Shown in pieces: positions 13,469-26,503 of a stretch of DNA of 64,000 bases. The notes below the pieces were generated by a model. It ran no database searches and was not told where the DNA came from. It was given only the letters and a program-made list of their open reading frames with translations. Made by a program: the position numbers and the translations under genes. Origin of the DNA: Proteromonas lacertae (taxonomy: Eukaryota); NCBI GenBank assembly GCA_002245135.1, contig NGBS01001161.1, forward strand, positions 310,001 through 374,000, in the 5' to 3' direction. The stretch's first letter is position 1. The number at the start of each line of letters is the position of its first letter.

Positions 13469-15159
13469 CTAATTTACATAATAATTTACTGGTGCGACGA
13501 AATTTAGATGTAAATTTAATTGATTCAACACTGGTAATAATAAATCATTATATACTTGTATTTTTTCTGGTTCTAACTCATTGTTAGCTAAATATAAGTG
13601 TTGAAGGTTAGTTACATTGGAAACATACTTTTTCATTGTTTTTAATCCTTTAAAATCTATAACATTATCTATTTCAACAATAAGAAAATAAAGCAATACT
13701 TTGAAGTGATAAAGATTTCATATTGTGTATTGCTGAAAAATTCATGCTTAAATACTTCAATCCATGACGATCAATTCCTACATCTTCTAGTTTCAAATCA
13801 TTTAAATTAGGGAAATAGAACAAATTGTTAGAAAACACTTTTACACCATAATTACCTATATAATTACCACGAAATACAATTATCTCAACTTTATCTAAAC
13901 CTAATTTTATTGATTTATCTGATATAATTCTTTCCAAATATTCTACTTGTCTATATTTTGTTTTAGATTGATTAAAATTAATTCCATTGTGAATTGTTGA
14001 TCTTAATATGAATAACGAATCAAAAGTATTATCATTAATATGAACTGGCAAAACTTGTCGAATAGTATATAAAAGATTTTCATCATCACTATTCAAAAGT
14101 AAATTAAATAGAACTGAAAATGCCATTCTATTGTTTGAATGATCTGAATACTCATTAATAATTTTTATTATAGTTTTGATTGAATCTGATATTAAATCTA
14201 AAGCACTAAAATCAGGCAATAGAATTTTATTCATAAATGCAGACATGTAATAATTACTATCAATAATTAATTTCTTATTTCGTTTTATATTGAAGCTAAA
14301 ATTGTTATAACTACAATCTAATGTCATCATCAATTCTGTTAATGATATTCTTTTATTTATGTCTTTTGTGAATATTCTATCACATATATTAGATATCATT
14401 TCATCATTTACTGTGTTTTCATAACTACATTGAAGTATAGATTGTAGATTCACAAATGGTAAAAATCCATTGCTTAAATAAAACATCACACAACCAATTG
14501 ACCAAATATCACTTTTATATGATATTTCATATCCTTTAATTACTTCAGGAGAATCAAATATTATATCATTGCTTCTATTATATTCTTTAGATATTAGATT
14601 GTCGGTTAAATATACAGTTTCTAAGTCATCTGATAATTGTATATTTGATAGTTTAATATTTCCATGAACTATATTGTTCTGATGAATATAACTAACTATT
14701 TCTAGTAATTGCTGTAGAATATAACTTTGTATATAAAACAGTGATTCATAATCAATACAATCCATTGAAATCGAATGAAATGGATGAAGTAAAAATAAAT
14801 GATTCTGATTTTCAATATAAAATATATCTATTTTGTGAAATAACGGAGATATGTTCATTAATTGAATTGTTTGAATCTATGATTTAAGATTAAAAATAAA
14901 ATACCATCATAATTATGTCGATTTTTCTTGTTCCATCAACCTTCATTATTTTTATTACAGATTCATTAGTACTAGTCGAATTATTTGAAAAAAAACAGTG
15001 ATAGGTGCTGACTTTCTCTTCATCTCTTAAAACATGTCTGATCTGTTTATAATAACAATAAATTTGCCATACTTTGTAAATGCTGTTTTTATTTATCTTG
15101 GGCTATATAAATATAGTTTCTGAGAGTAATACGAAACTGAAACCTCTTGGCAGATGCAT
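13469..15159 (-). CDS. Pseudokinase + RNI-like LRR protein (paralog A), 4 introns
   Basis: Kinase-fold motifs HGNIKLSNI, LTDN, SPE and SDIWSIGC, followed by ~28-aa LRRs (GNYIGNYGVKVF, LNDLKLEDVGIDRHG). ATG at 15159 found by joining three GT-AG introns. Confidence 0.8.
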
Positions 15160-15334
15160 ATAATTATTTGATATCATTCTTTAGGTAGTAAAAAATAAAA
15201 TGAAACTAGTTATGCCTTTAATATGTATCTATACAAGGAGATTTGAAGAAAGAAATATAAAAATGAAACGGCTTATTTTTTTGAACAAATAAGAACAATT
15301 TCAAAAACATAAAATAATACAATTACAACACATC

Positions 15335-16168
15335 CTATATCATTCGAAAAGTCAATTTGGTAATATTATACTCCATTCCAAATACTTGTCTATATCCATC
15401 ATTACCTAAAATATCTCTGAAATGTGTATTCATTTTTTTAAACTCATTGTCCAAGTATTCTATATCACTATTTTCATGAGCACTATGAATAAAATCTAAT
15501 ACAGCTTTATAAATCATTCTTTTATCAACTCTCAAATTATTGTTACTATATTTATACTTGAACAACAAATCAACTCTTTTCATAATCTTAACATCTTCAG
15601 ATTCATTAGAAAAATCAATTTCTAAATATTTTTTCATCATTCCTTTTGAATTAGACATTATATTTTCTCTTAAAGTATATGTTGTTTTATTATCCCATTG
15701 TTTTTCACATTCACTTAAATATTTATCCCAACCATAACCATAGACACCATATAGAGTATAAGATAATGATCCTCCATATAACTGAGACTTGTCCATTGCT
15801 ACTCCAGCAGTATACATGATTCTATTAGCCATCTGATGACAAACACCTTTAACACCATATAGTATTCCACAAGTATCATCAGAAGCATTAAAAATGTTGT
15901 TTGAACGAATTGAACCATATTTCCCTGAAACAATTGTAATTGATTTTTGTAAATCACCTGTTGCTTTCATCGAGTAACGTATTTTATCAGTGATTGGTGT
16001 ATTGCCTGTGCATGCAAATATGTATTTATCCTCAGTTTGAGTATACACACCTGTATGATCTAACCAACTAGCAATATCAGTAGGCTGAGCATATACAACC
16101 AATTCAGTATCTAAAGATAGTTCTTTAGATTGACTTAATACAAATAACAAGCAAAAAATGAATATCAT
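15335..16168 (-). CDS. Secreted protein of unknown function, intronless CDS, with DHT...C and YGVKGVCHQMANRI motifs (possible permuted papain-like/NlpC-P60 catalytic pair)
   Basis: Single ORF of 277 aa with signal peptide MIFIFCLLFVLSQS and conserved-looking His and Cys motifs. Confidence 0.7.
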   Translation of the reverse strand: MIFIFCLLFVLSQSKELSLDTELVVYAQPTDIASWLDHTGVYTQTEDKYIFACTGNTPITDKIRYSMKATGDLQKSITIVSGKYGSIRSNNIFNASDDTCGILYGVKGVCHQMANRIMYTAGVAMDKSQLYGGSLSYTLYGVYGYGWDKYLSECEKQWDNKTTYTLRENIMSNSKGMMKKYLEIDFSNESEDVKIMKRVDLLFKYKYSNNNLRVDKRMIYKAVLDFIHSAHENSDIEYLDNEFKKMNTHFRDILGNDGYRQVFGMEYNITKLTFRMI

Positions 16169-16260
16169 TCTAAAGAGGATGGAATATATTGAAAAAAACA
16201 CATAAATACATGTATTGTAGTGTATTTGATTGTATTGTGAGTTTTTAAATTTTTCGTTTT

Positions 16261-16492
16261 ATGTCGCAAGTATTTTGTTAGAATTATATGTTTATAGGCA
16301 TCACAAGTGAATGTTACAGAGATTATGCCAAAGGCTGGTTTAGTTTATTCAGAAAAGGGTAATTTAAGTGAAACTTTATGTAAACCAAAAATATTACCAA
16401 TAAAATCGGCAAACTTGGAAAAAATAGAAGAATTAGAAAGGTTGGCAGCAACAGGAGCCGGTAATCCAGCAAATCCAATTGGAACAAGCTAA
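16261..16492 (+). CDS. BBIP1: BBSome-interacting protein 1 (BBIP10/BBS18)
   Basis: EIMPKAGLVYSE...LCKPKILPIKSANLEKIE matches the BBIP10 signature EVLPKxG...LCKPKLLPLKSxTLEKLE. One 28-nt intron at 16270-16297. Confidence 0.88.
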
Positions 16493-16560
16493 TATTTATT
16501 GTTTTTAATATTTTAAAAAAGTACTATGTATAAATAATTGTATTATTATCTAATAAATAA

Positions 16561-17985
16561 TCAATAAAAAGGATTAAAGCCAGGAAATAACACAATTTCA
16601 TCTTTTGATGTAGAAAGATGTAAACTAATCAATTCTTTTTCATCTATGTTTATTGATATTCTAATCAACTCATTTGAATCAATTAGGATACTGTCAATTA
16701 GAATCTCTTTTTTATCATTTCCTACTCCACATATATCTAAACTATACTTATAACTGTCATCTGGGTTTATAATAATTTCATTTGAATCAAACGGTAAAAC
16801 AGTATATTTTTTAGCTAAATATATATATCCATTTTTTAGTTTCAAAACAACATCATAAGTTAAAACAGGAATAATTTTGTATTTTCCGTATTTTTCACCA
16901 TAAATAGCAGCACCAATAGATTCTGTACCTTTTTGTGTTTTTTCATCCAGAATAGGAATATTAACACTATTAAATTTTAATTGATCAGAAAACAATCTAT
17001 TGAGCGAAGGATTAGAACATGTACCAGTAGTTATTATATAACATATATCATTTTTAGGTAGAATATCTATTACAGACTGATGATATTGATTTATAATACC
17101 ACTCATTATTTCAAATTCTATTACTATATCATCACATGCATCTAATTCATTTCCATTAGTGAAAATACTGATATAATCAATTACATTATTATGAATTTGA
17201 TATTTCTTTGAAGAATCAATCTCTTCAGATATATTTTTCTTGTAATAATTTAGTACATAATCTTCAATCATATATACTAATCCTTTTTGATATGACAAAC
17301 AGTTATAATACAACAGTTGTAATTCAGTATTTCCTTTTTCTTTATCTTCAACAATTCTATATTCTGAAACGGTTGTTGTTTTACCTCCACAATGTAAAAC
17401 TATTATATTTTCTTCATTATTTTGTTTTTTATGAATATAATCTTCTGAATCAATGTATGTAATTATAGATGCTGCTGGTTCTGGAATGTAATATGACAAT
17501 TCAATTTGTGAATCAATAACTATATCATGTAACGCTAATTTTTGGAACAGATTATAATATAAAGGATATGTAAGAACAACTGTTAATTTTGAACTTTCAG
17601 GTGAACTTATTTTCTTAAATGAATTCTCATAAAAATACGAAATAAGAGTAGAAATAATCTGTTGAATAGTGTATGATTTTTTTTCATTATTAACTTTCCA
17701 TTCAATTTTTATTTCATCCCTTTCATCCTTTATTATTTTTTTGTAAAACGAAATAGTGTCTTCATCTAAATCACTATAACATTGTCCAACAAATAATTTA
17801 AAGTTATTAATATAATTAGATGAAGTAATATTCTGAACTTGTAACTTATTCTTTAAAGCTTTTATACACATTGGCTTGTAATCTATAGGAATATCAGCCA
17901 AAGAAAAATTGTTAGCAGATGTATTAAATGCACTATTAGTAATTGTATTACCTATATATAAACCTAAATACTTAAGACAATTCAT
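16561..17985 (-). CDS. Highly divergent Hsp70-family (actin-like ATPase fold) protein, intronless, lid region absent
   Basis: LGLYIGNT (~IGIDLGT), VVLTYPLYY (~VITVPAYF), IPEPAASIITY (~INEPTAAAIAY) and VLHCGGKTTTVS (~IFDLGGGTFDVS). Confidence 0.75.
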   Translation of the reverse strand: MNCLKYLGLYIGNTITNSAFNTSANNFSLADIPIDYKPMCIKALKNKLQVQNITSSNYINNFKLFVGQCYSDLDEDTISFYKKIIKDERDEIKIEWKVNNEKKSYTIQQIISTLISYFYENSFKKISSPESSKLTVVLTYPLYYNLFQKLALHDIVIDSQIELSYYIPEPAASIITYIDSEDYIHKKQNNEENIIVLHCGGKTTTVSEYRIVEDKEKGNTELQLLYYNCLSYQKGLVYMIEDYVLNYYKKNISEEIDSSKKYQIHNNVIDYISIFTNGNELDACDDIVIEFEIMSGIINQYHQSVIDILPKNDICYIITTGTCSNPSLNRLFSDQLKFNSVNIPILDEKTQKGTESIGAAIYGEKYGKYKIIPVLTYDVVLKLKNGYIYLAKKYTVLPFDSNEIIINPDDSYKYSLDICGVGNDKKEILIDSILIDSNELIRISINIDEKELISLHLSTSKDEIVLFPGFNPFY

Positions 17986-18035
17986 TAAATTTTGATTTTT
18001 CTGGTTCAAACCTTTTCAAGCTTTGTTTTTCATTA

Positions 18036-19190
18036 ATGAGGAATTTAATCTTATTAAGTGAAAAACATATCACTAATATTAATATATTAGATAAGTCAGC
18101 ACTTCAAACAACATTTACAAAGAGTCCGACTGATAATAGAACTTATTTCTTGACTGTAAGTGGAGAGATAATAGAAGAAAACGAAGTATAGTCTCTTTTT
18201 TATGCTCAAATCATAGAATATTTGTGTAATTGCAGATGAACTACCTGATTTAAAAGACAATGAGTGGTTTTTATTGTTCTTCATTGTAGAGACAGAATCA
18301 TTGTGTTGCGTGTCAAAGAATGGTTCTATTGTTAATTATGATATTGATTCTAAGTCATGTAGTTTAATTGGTTCAATTTCAGATGGAATAAAAAGTCTAG
18401 AATGGAATATGGACCAATCAGTATTACTCTATAGTACTATAATATTTCAATAGTTAATTGCAATTATTACAAATGTAGGAAATGTGTTAGTAATGACCAA
18501 TGAGTGGGATACTTTAGGAGAAGTACCATTAATTGATTTTAGTCCATCAAGCCAAACCCAAATCTCATGGAGAGGAAATGAAGACATTTTCAGTATTACA
18601 TTTTGTAATGATAAAGATCAAAACATGATAATTACATTTAACAAAGAATTGAATATAATATCAAAAGCGAGAGATATTGATGATAAACAGTTGGATAATT
18701 TACTGCCAATTATATCATGGAGATATTCAATGGAAATATTAGCAACAGCAGAAATGACTAAGAGGAATATAAATATTCTGTTATTGGAATTAAATGGGTT
18801 TAAAAGATCTAGTTTTTCATTGAGATTAAATACACTTGAAAATGTATATTTATTGTATTATATTACAATTTATAGTTTGAATTAAAAAAAATGAGTTGGA
18901 ATATGACAAGTGATTTGCTTTGTGTTATTTATACCCAAAATGATAAAACATATTGTGAAATATGGTGTAGAAATAATTATTATTGGTATTTGAAATATCA
19001 ACATATTTTCAATAACAAATCTATACTTCATTGCGAATGGGATATTAACAGTCCATATTTATTATATATATTATTATCAAATGGTGAATTTATTGAAATG
19101 AATTACTATTGTGATATTAATTCATTTGTAAGTAGTGACAATGATAACCTGATTGGTGTTATTGATGGATCAACTTTGAAATTGACAAAT

Positions 19191-19224
<34 letters not shown>

Positions 19225-22159
19225 GATAATCGTTATTATATTAATCAAATAGAATAATATTATACCTCCACCATTTTCTGAGTTTGAATTGGTCACTGAT
19301 TCTCCTATCTTATCATTCGTTATTTGTAATGATTATATGTTATTATATTCTGCTAATAATGCAATTACAGTGTATAAATATGACAAAGAAAAATGTGAAT
19401 GTAACAAACAGAACTCAATTCAATTGGATAATGACATTTATTTAGGAAAACTAAGACAAATGATAAATACAAATAAACAGACTGAAATAGCAATGATTTT
19501 ATGTAAAAGAGAGTGTAATAATATCATTACTATTGATTTTAGTGAAGATTTTTCAGCCATTAAAATTATTAATGTTATTGAATATGCTCATTATATTAAC
19601 AGAATAACAATAAGTGAAGATAATATAGAGGTAGTATCAGATGAAGGAATAATATCAAAATATAATAATGTTACTAAGAAATGGACTGATTTATATAGAC
19701 TAAATGAATCAATTGTTTCTATCAAATCAGTAAGAATCAATGGAGTAGAATATATATTGAGCTTGTCGCAAAATAATAACACTTTGTACTGTAATAATGA
19801 TGTTTTAATAAAAGGAATTACATCATTTGATATATTATACAATTACAATTGTGTTTTATATGTAAAGAATGTTATTCAACAATCTATTATATGTTTTATT
19901 CCATTCAATAATGTATATATATATATATATATATATATTTGAATGCTTATATGTATTTGAATAGATTATTAATAAGAATATTGAATTATCGCTGTTAGGA
20001 ATACCAGTTATTCCATTGTTATCACATCCAACAGAAAAAGGATCTCATTTAGTATTATCCAATCAAAATTCAGTAAAAATAACCATTCAAACTCCAAGAG
20101 GTAATATTGAAACAGTAAGTCCAAGATATTTAGTATATATCAAAATAATCAATCTTTTGAATGAAAGAAAATGGAAAGAATCATTTGAATTAGCAAGAAC
20201 TAATCGTGTTGATTTAGATATCATATGTGATATAAATCCTCAAAGATTCATTCATTATATTGAAGAATTTATAGAACAAGTGAATATTATCAATTGGTTG
20301 AATATCTTTATTATGAATTTAAAGAAGTATTTATGTATATATTTTATAATTTATAGTGATAATATCATTCCATCAGATATTGTGAGTTTCTTACCTGAAT
20401 CATTACATGAAGAAAACGAAGAAGAAGAAAATAAATATAACCCATCTCAAAAGATAGATATAATCTGTAGAACAATAAGAGATGTAATGATTAAAAAGGA
20501 TTTATTGTATTACAGTTTGTCCATTATTTCAACTTATATAAAGCAGAATCAATGGTTAAAAGCTTTAGAGTTTATATATTCGAATATATTTTCAAAATCA
20601 AGTGAATTAGATAAAGCTATAGACTATATTACAGTAATAAAAGATTCAGAAGATTTATATAACTTATCATTAGAATTATATAACATTAAATTGGCAAAGT
20701 TGATAATAAAAAACTCTCAATTAAATCCACAAGAATATATTCCATTCTTAATAAATCTAGAAACTATGGAAGAATTGTATATATATATATATATATATTG
20801 TTATTATAAATATAGAGAAAAACAATATAACATAGACTTATATTTAGAGAATTATGATAAAGCAATTACTCATTATTTTCAAATGTTATATCCAATAGAA
20901 AGTGAAGAGGAAGAGGAAGAACCAAAAAAAGTGGTATATAAAGAACAACCAACATTTGAAAATGCATTATCTTTAATCACAGCTAACCATTTATATAAAA
21001 CAGTAATAGATTTAATAAGCAATAATAACTATGGTATCGATGAAGAAAAGAAAAATATAATCTATAAAGGTTATGGAGATTACTTGGTAGAGAATAAAAA
21101 ATTCGTTGAAGCTGTTCATATATACTGCAACATTAAAAATCAGAGTAAAGAAATAAAAGAAGTGATATTGAAGTGTAGTCAAGAATGTGGATTATGGTAT
21201 ATTACTTTGAAAATGATAAATGAATTAAAAATTGAAGATAGTTCAGAAATATCAACAATTATTAGTAATATGATTGAAACAATAACTAAAAGTGGAAATA
21301 ACAGTGATTTTGTTATATGTGCAAATTTATTGGTTAAATATTGTGATGATTGTGAACAAGCAATTACCTTGTTGAATAAATATAATGTATAGTTATATAT
21401 ATATATATTCATAATAGTTATGGAATGAATCGTTAGGTATTTGTCTAGAGAATAATCGTAGTGATTTAATCGAAACTATAATTATTCCTACTTTATTAGA
21501 ACATTATGGTAAAGAATTAGAAGATATAGAATCATATAAAATTAAATATGAATATAGCATAAACAGATTGGAAATCATCAATAAGCAGAAGGAATTAATG
21601 AAAGGAAGAGATTGTATTTATTATTATTTATTACTATTATATTGAAATAGTGTGTGTTGAAAATATGATGGATGATGAGACAAATAGTGTTATTAGTGGA
21701 ATAAGTGGAATTAGTTCTTTGACTGGTTTAACATCAATGTCTTCAACTGTTTCTGTAATGTCAAGTAGATCAAATAGAACAGTTCATTGGGATAGAGGAA
21801 CTGAGTTTTCAGCTAAAATGAAAAGTGATACAAATCAAAGACAAAGACGGAATAAGAATAAAAGTAAAAAAGTACATGAAGGAAGTCCAGGTGAAGAAAA
21901 ACATTTAAGAGAAATTATTAATCAAATCCAAAGAAAAATTGATGAATCTAAACCAAGAATTAAAGAAATGTGTAGTGCATTGACTTACCATGGATATATA
22001 AAAGAAGCTAAATCTCTGCAAAATGCATTTATTGGATTGATGAAAACAATTGAAACTTTGAAAGTTCCTAAAGAAATAATTAATGAAGATGAAAAGAGAA
22101 AAGAAGATGATGTAAAAGTTTCAAGTGAAAAAGACATTTTTGGATGGGATTATTTGTGA
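18036..22159 (+). CDS. ELP1: Elongator complex protein 1 (IKI3/IKBKAP), multi-intron
   Basis: Canonical MRNL start, ISWRGN, NYYWYLK, QTPRGNIETVSPR, NPQEYIPFL, and a C-terminal Ser-rich plus basic region ending in HEGSPGEE. Confidence 0.93.
19197..19224 (+). repeat. (TA)n microsatellite starting at an intron donor (GTATATAT...)
   Basis: Similar tracts occur at the donors at 19913 and 20777, and at ~58945 on the minus strand. Confidence 0.85.
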
Positions 22160-22248
22160 GAATAATCAATTATTATTGTTTTTGTTTTTTTTGTTTTTTG
22201 TTTTTGATGTTGATGTTGAAAATTAAAAATAAATCTAAAAATAAATAA

Positions 22249-23346
22249 TTAGAGTAAATAATTATAAAAATTCCACAAATATAGAATACCACTTGATGAT
22301 ACTGCATGAATTGCTGTTATATTACTTTCTTTATATAGTTTTAATTGGTTAAACACATTTACATGAATATAATATGAAAAATTATTAAACCAAGTAATAT
22401 TGGTTATATTCAATGAATAAATAATCTGTCCGTAATAAAGATCTTCGATTGAATGAATAGGTAAAACATTCATGTAATTACTTACAATTAATTGAATAAA
22501 CCTTCTAGAGAATATATAAAAAGCTCCACAAGGATATTGTACATTTGTTTTTATATTACCACTATCATACATTTTCATATCATTTTCACTTGCTACTAAT
22601 ATGTAACCAATTATATCACTGTTATACTTTGATAAAATTGAAGAAATTCTATCTGTTTTCAAATATAAATCAGAATTTGCTCTGACAATATAAATAACTC
22701 CAGGATAATTCTCCAATATATACTTATATGATAATAACAACTGTAATGTAATATGTTTGTATGAATTGGTAAAATTAAAGACAATTACATCATTATACTT
22801 CGTACTTTCTTCTATCAAATATTGAAATGGATATTCATCTGCTATTCCCATAAAGAACAAACATTTATAAATGTAATTTGACTGAGTTTTGATTGTACAA
22901 TATGTATTTCTTATAGAAATTCTTGGTTTAATTTGAGATGGACTGATTGGAATAATAATAATTACATTTGGATGAAGATCATTCAAGTGAGGTGATATTA
23001 ATACTGAATGATTGAGAATAAGATGTGAATAAAACGATTGATTGAATTTATTCTTTTTGTAATACAGTTTTGAGTATTTTGTATTATATATATCTACATC
23101 TTTGTGCATACAATTAATAAGTGGTTTACTATTCATACAACCAATCAACTCTTCATATTGAGCTTGTAGTTGTTTCTTTTCTTTTTCATATAACTTAGTA
23201 AAGGTATCATAATTAGATTCATACTGAATGTATAAATATAAAATGTTTAATGTAAAAGACACAACATACAAAATACTTAAAACAATCAACAAAAACAACA
23301 CTAATAAAACTAGTATTACAACATTGTGTGTTTTAATGAATTGCAT
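22249..23346 (-). CDS. GT31 beta-1,3-galactosyltransferase-family glycosyltransferase (type II membrane), probably one in-frame intron
   Basis: N-terminal TM anchor, RISIRNTY, EESTKYNDVI, NSYKHIT, YPCGAFY and IEDLYYG. The usual KxDDD reads RANSD. Confidence 0.8.
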   Translation of the reverse strand: MQFIKTHNVVILVLLVLFLLIVLSILYVVSFTLNILYLYIQYESNYDTFTKLYEKEKKQLQAQYEELIGCMNSKPLINCMHKDVDIYNTKYSKLYYKKNKFNQSFYSHLILNHSVLISPHLNDLHPNVIIIIPISPSQIKPRISIRNTYCTIKTQSNYIYKCLFFMGIADEYPFQYLIEESTKYNDVIVFNFTNSYKHITLQLLLSYKYILENYPGVIYIVRANSDLYLKTDRISSILSKYNSDIIGYILVASENDMKMYDSGNIKTNVQYPCGAFYIFSRRFIQLIVSNYMNVLPIHSIEDLYYGQIIYSLNITNITWFNNFSYYIHVNVFNQLKLYKESNITAIHAVSSSGILYLWNFYNYLL

Positions 23347-23548
23347 ATTACCATTTCTGATGATTTAGTCTGAAGAAATAAGAAGAAAGAATAAAATTAA
23401 AAATTGACATAAATGTGACAGCGTAAATGTAATTATTATACATCTTGTTAAATATAACAGGCTTCTATTGTTCTTATATTCTCAATGATGATATTATGAA
23501 AATCAAACACATGCACAAAAAATAAATAGAAAAAGAAACACACATTTA

Positions 23549-24926
23549 TTAATCTTCAATTAACTTCTACAAATTATAAAACTATGAAGTATATATAATT
23601 AAACAATAAAATATACATTTCCATCTTTGTATATAAGCTGTTTACCAGAAGCAGATCTAAACATTCTATCATACAAAGCTGGCATAAACTCATCCTCATT
23701 CTTGTATTGAATATCACATAATAGAATTTTGTCAATTCCATCTATTTTTTCACATTCTCTTAATAAATTGAAAAACACATGTGCACCTTCTTTACAACTT
23801 CCAACTTCAGATAAATCTTTATATACTTTTACTTTTTCTTTTAATTCACCAAAATGATGATTAAAATCTATCAACAAAGTCTTATCTAAATCAAAATCAA
23901 TCACTATATTATTATTGTCTTTATTCATTTCAGATGGATATTTAACAAGATATGTTTCTTGTTTCGGTGCATAATGTTTAACCATTTGTCCTGGAGCTGT
24001 TTGACCTTCATCTGTAGCATTATCAACTTTATTCTCTATACAATTAATTTTGATTGATTTTTCGTTGATATCATCTAAAGCTTTTCGAAGTGCAAATTCT
24101 GAAATACCTCCACGACGATATACGATAATCTTTATTTAATATACAATAAATATATAATAATATACTTGGTTATTATCTAAATCAATTTTTGCTACAGTAC
24201 TTTCAATCCCAATTGTACAATCACAACCTCTATAGATAATAGAAACTTTATATATATAATACGTTTTACCACCATCTATAATATGTATATCTGACTCTCC
24301 TAAGTCATTCATTACATGTTCAGCTGTTGTAGGTGAAATGTGATTAAACTTATTTGCACTTGGTGCAGCGATTGGTCTGTCTGATAATTCTATAAGCTGT
24401 AATGCAATAGGATGGTTTGGCATTCTAAAACCAATACAACCAGTTCCTGCTGACACTATTTATTGAGATAATAGAGTTAATTATATGAAAAAAGTATACA
24501 TGCCAATGGTAATGTATCTTTTGCTTTAGCAACTAACGTTAAAGGACCTGGCCAAAATTGAGATGATAAATATTTGAATAGGTTTTTTGTCTATCAATAT
24601 AAATTACAAAATAGAAATACTCTATCTGGAACATCAATATAAGTCAATGCATGTTCAGGCGATTTGACATGAACTATCAAAGGGTCTAAGCTCAATAAGT
24701 AAATATGAAATACCTGTCAAAGGTCTGCCTTTTACTTTGAATATATTTCTTACAGCTGTTTCATGAGTAGCATCAGCACCAAGACCATATACAGTTTCTA
24801 ATGAATTAAAAGATTAACTCTACCAGTAGGGAATGCGACTAATTCACCTCTTCTTATGGCATCTGCTGCTATTTTCATGTTATCAACAGTATAAGACAGT
24901 AGTTTAGCTTTCCGTATGACACTCAT
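23549..24926 (-). CDS. SUA5: Threonylcarbamoyl-AMP synthase (Sua5/YwlC type, with C-terminal Sua5 domain)
   Basis: VAFPTETVYGLGADA, KGRPLTDPLIVH, FWPGPLT, PIAAPSAN, GIESTV and APGQMVKHYAP. The 3' end is 23549 or 23567 depending on the last acceptor. Confidence 0.93.
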
Positions 24927-25015
24927 TTCTACAACATTGAAAACCGAAAATATTAACCCCGAATTCAAAATTCTTAATTTTCTTCCTGTTTTTTCTAGAT
25001 AAGTAAAAATCAGCT

Positions 25016-26320
25016 ATGTCTAACACCGAGGAAAGTAATAATGAAGAATGGAACCCGTATTTATATATACCTATATTTGCATATTTCTTTCTACATTACA
25101 TAATTTATGCTTTTATCATTATTTAGGTATAAAGAGGATCAAGCCAGAGGTAAACAAATGGAAGCATCCAATATTTTATATAAGTTGCAGTGCTCAGATG
25201 AATTAGTGAAGAATAAACAAGATTTATTCAATCAAATGATGGAAGTTATTAAAGAATTTAATATGACTAAATTTTATGAGCATGCGATGAAATTATTAAA
25301 AAAACAACCAGATGCAGCATTGTTGAAACAAATGAAAGAAAATAATGAGAAAAATATTAAAGCAATTGATGAAAAAGTGGATAAGGAGAAGGATTATATG
25401 GGTGAAGCTGATCTACTTAATGCAAAACTTGATAAATTGAGAGAATATATTATATCATGCGATATAGATTCATTTTTAGAATTAAGCAACAATTTAGGAA
25501 GAAAACAAGTCACTATTGGTCAAAACATCGAAGTAATAATTGAAAAATTATGGATATTGCTAATTTACAACAAATATGATGAATTTAGTAAATCATTGAC
25601 AGAAAATCAAGACTTAATTTCTAAATATGGTGATTGGGATCAACGTAATCGTTTAAAGATATATGAAGCAATACACTATTTAAATAATAGCAAACCATTA
25701 CAAGCCTCTCCTTTGCTAATTGAATGCTTACCAGTTTTTACATCCTATGATGTATTAGATTATGATAAATATATATTCTATACTATAATATGTGGATTAT
25801 TATCACTTGAAAGAAGAGAGTATTATTTTTTAGTTTTATATTTCTTTAAAATAGATTTCATAAAGGAATTGTCACTTGTCCTGATATATTATGCAGTACT
25901 TCTCAGAATCAATTATCTGATAAAGTGATGAGATCATTTTATGATTGTAAATATGATGAATTTATGAAAACTTTGTTAGACTTACATACTGAGTTTAAAA
26001 TTGATCCAATATTGTCAGCTCATGCCAATTATATAATTAAAGAGTTAAGAATAAAAGCTTATAATCAATATTTATTGAGTTATCAAAGTTGTACTTTGAA
26101 ATCTATGGCTGATGCATTTGGAATTTCTGTACCGTTTTTAGATAAAGAATTAGCAAGGTTTATTGCTTCAAATAGAATAGCTGCTAAAATCGATATGGTA
26201 GATAAAATAGTGAAGAGCTGCAGAGCTGATAATAAAAACACTGCATATATTCATTTGTTGGCACAGTCTGATGCAATTTTAGCAAGAATTCAAGGATTTA
26301 CCAGAGTATTTAATACTTAA
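25016..26320 (+). CDS. RPN7: 26S proteasome lid subunit Rpn7 (PSMD6), PCI domain
   Basis: GDWDQRNRLKIYE, FTSYDV, ELRIKAYNQYLLSY and MADAFGISVPFLDKELARFIAS. Confidence 0.93.
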
Positions 26321-26503
26321 AGCTCAAATCGAAAGAATTATTATTTTTACTACTCTTTTTTACGTTTTGATTACCTATGCAGGAATAAAACATAATGAAA
26401 TTCAAAAAGGAAAGATGAATTGACAAAAGTCAAAAAATTAGTGGTTTATAAAAGCTTGGCTTGAAAGATCAAATCTCATTTCTTTTATTCTTCTTGATCT
26501 ACG

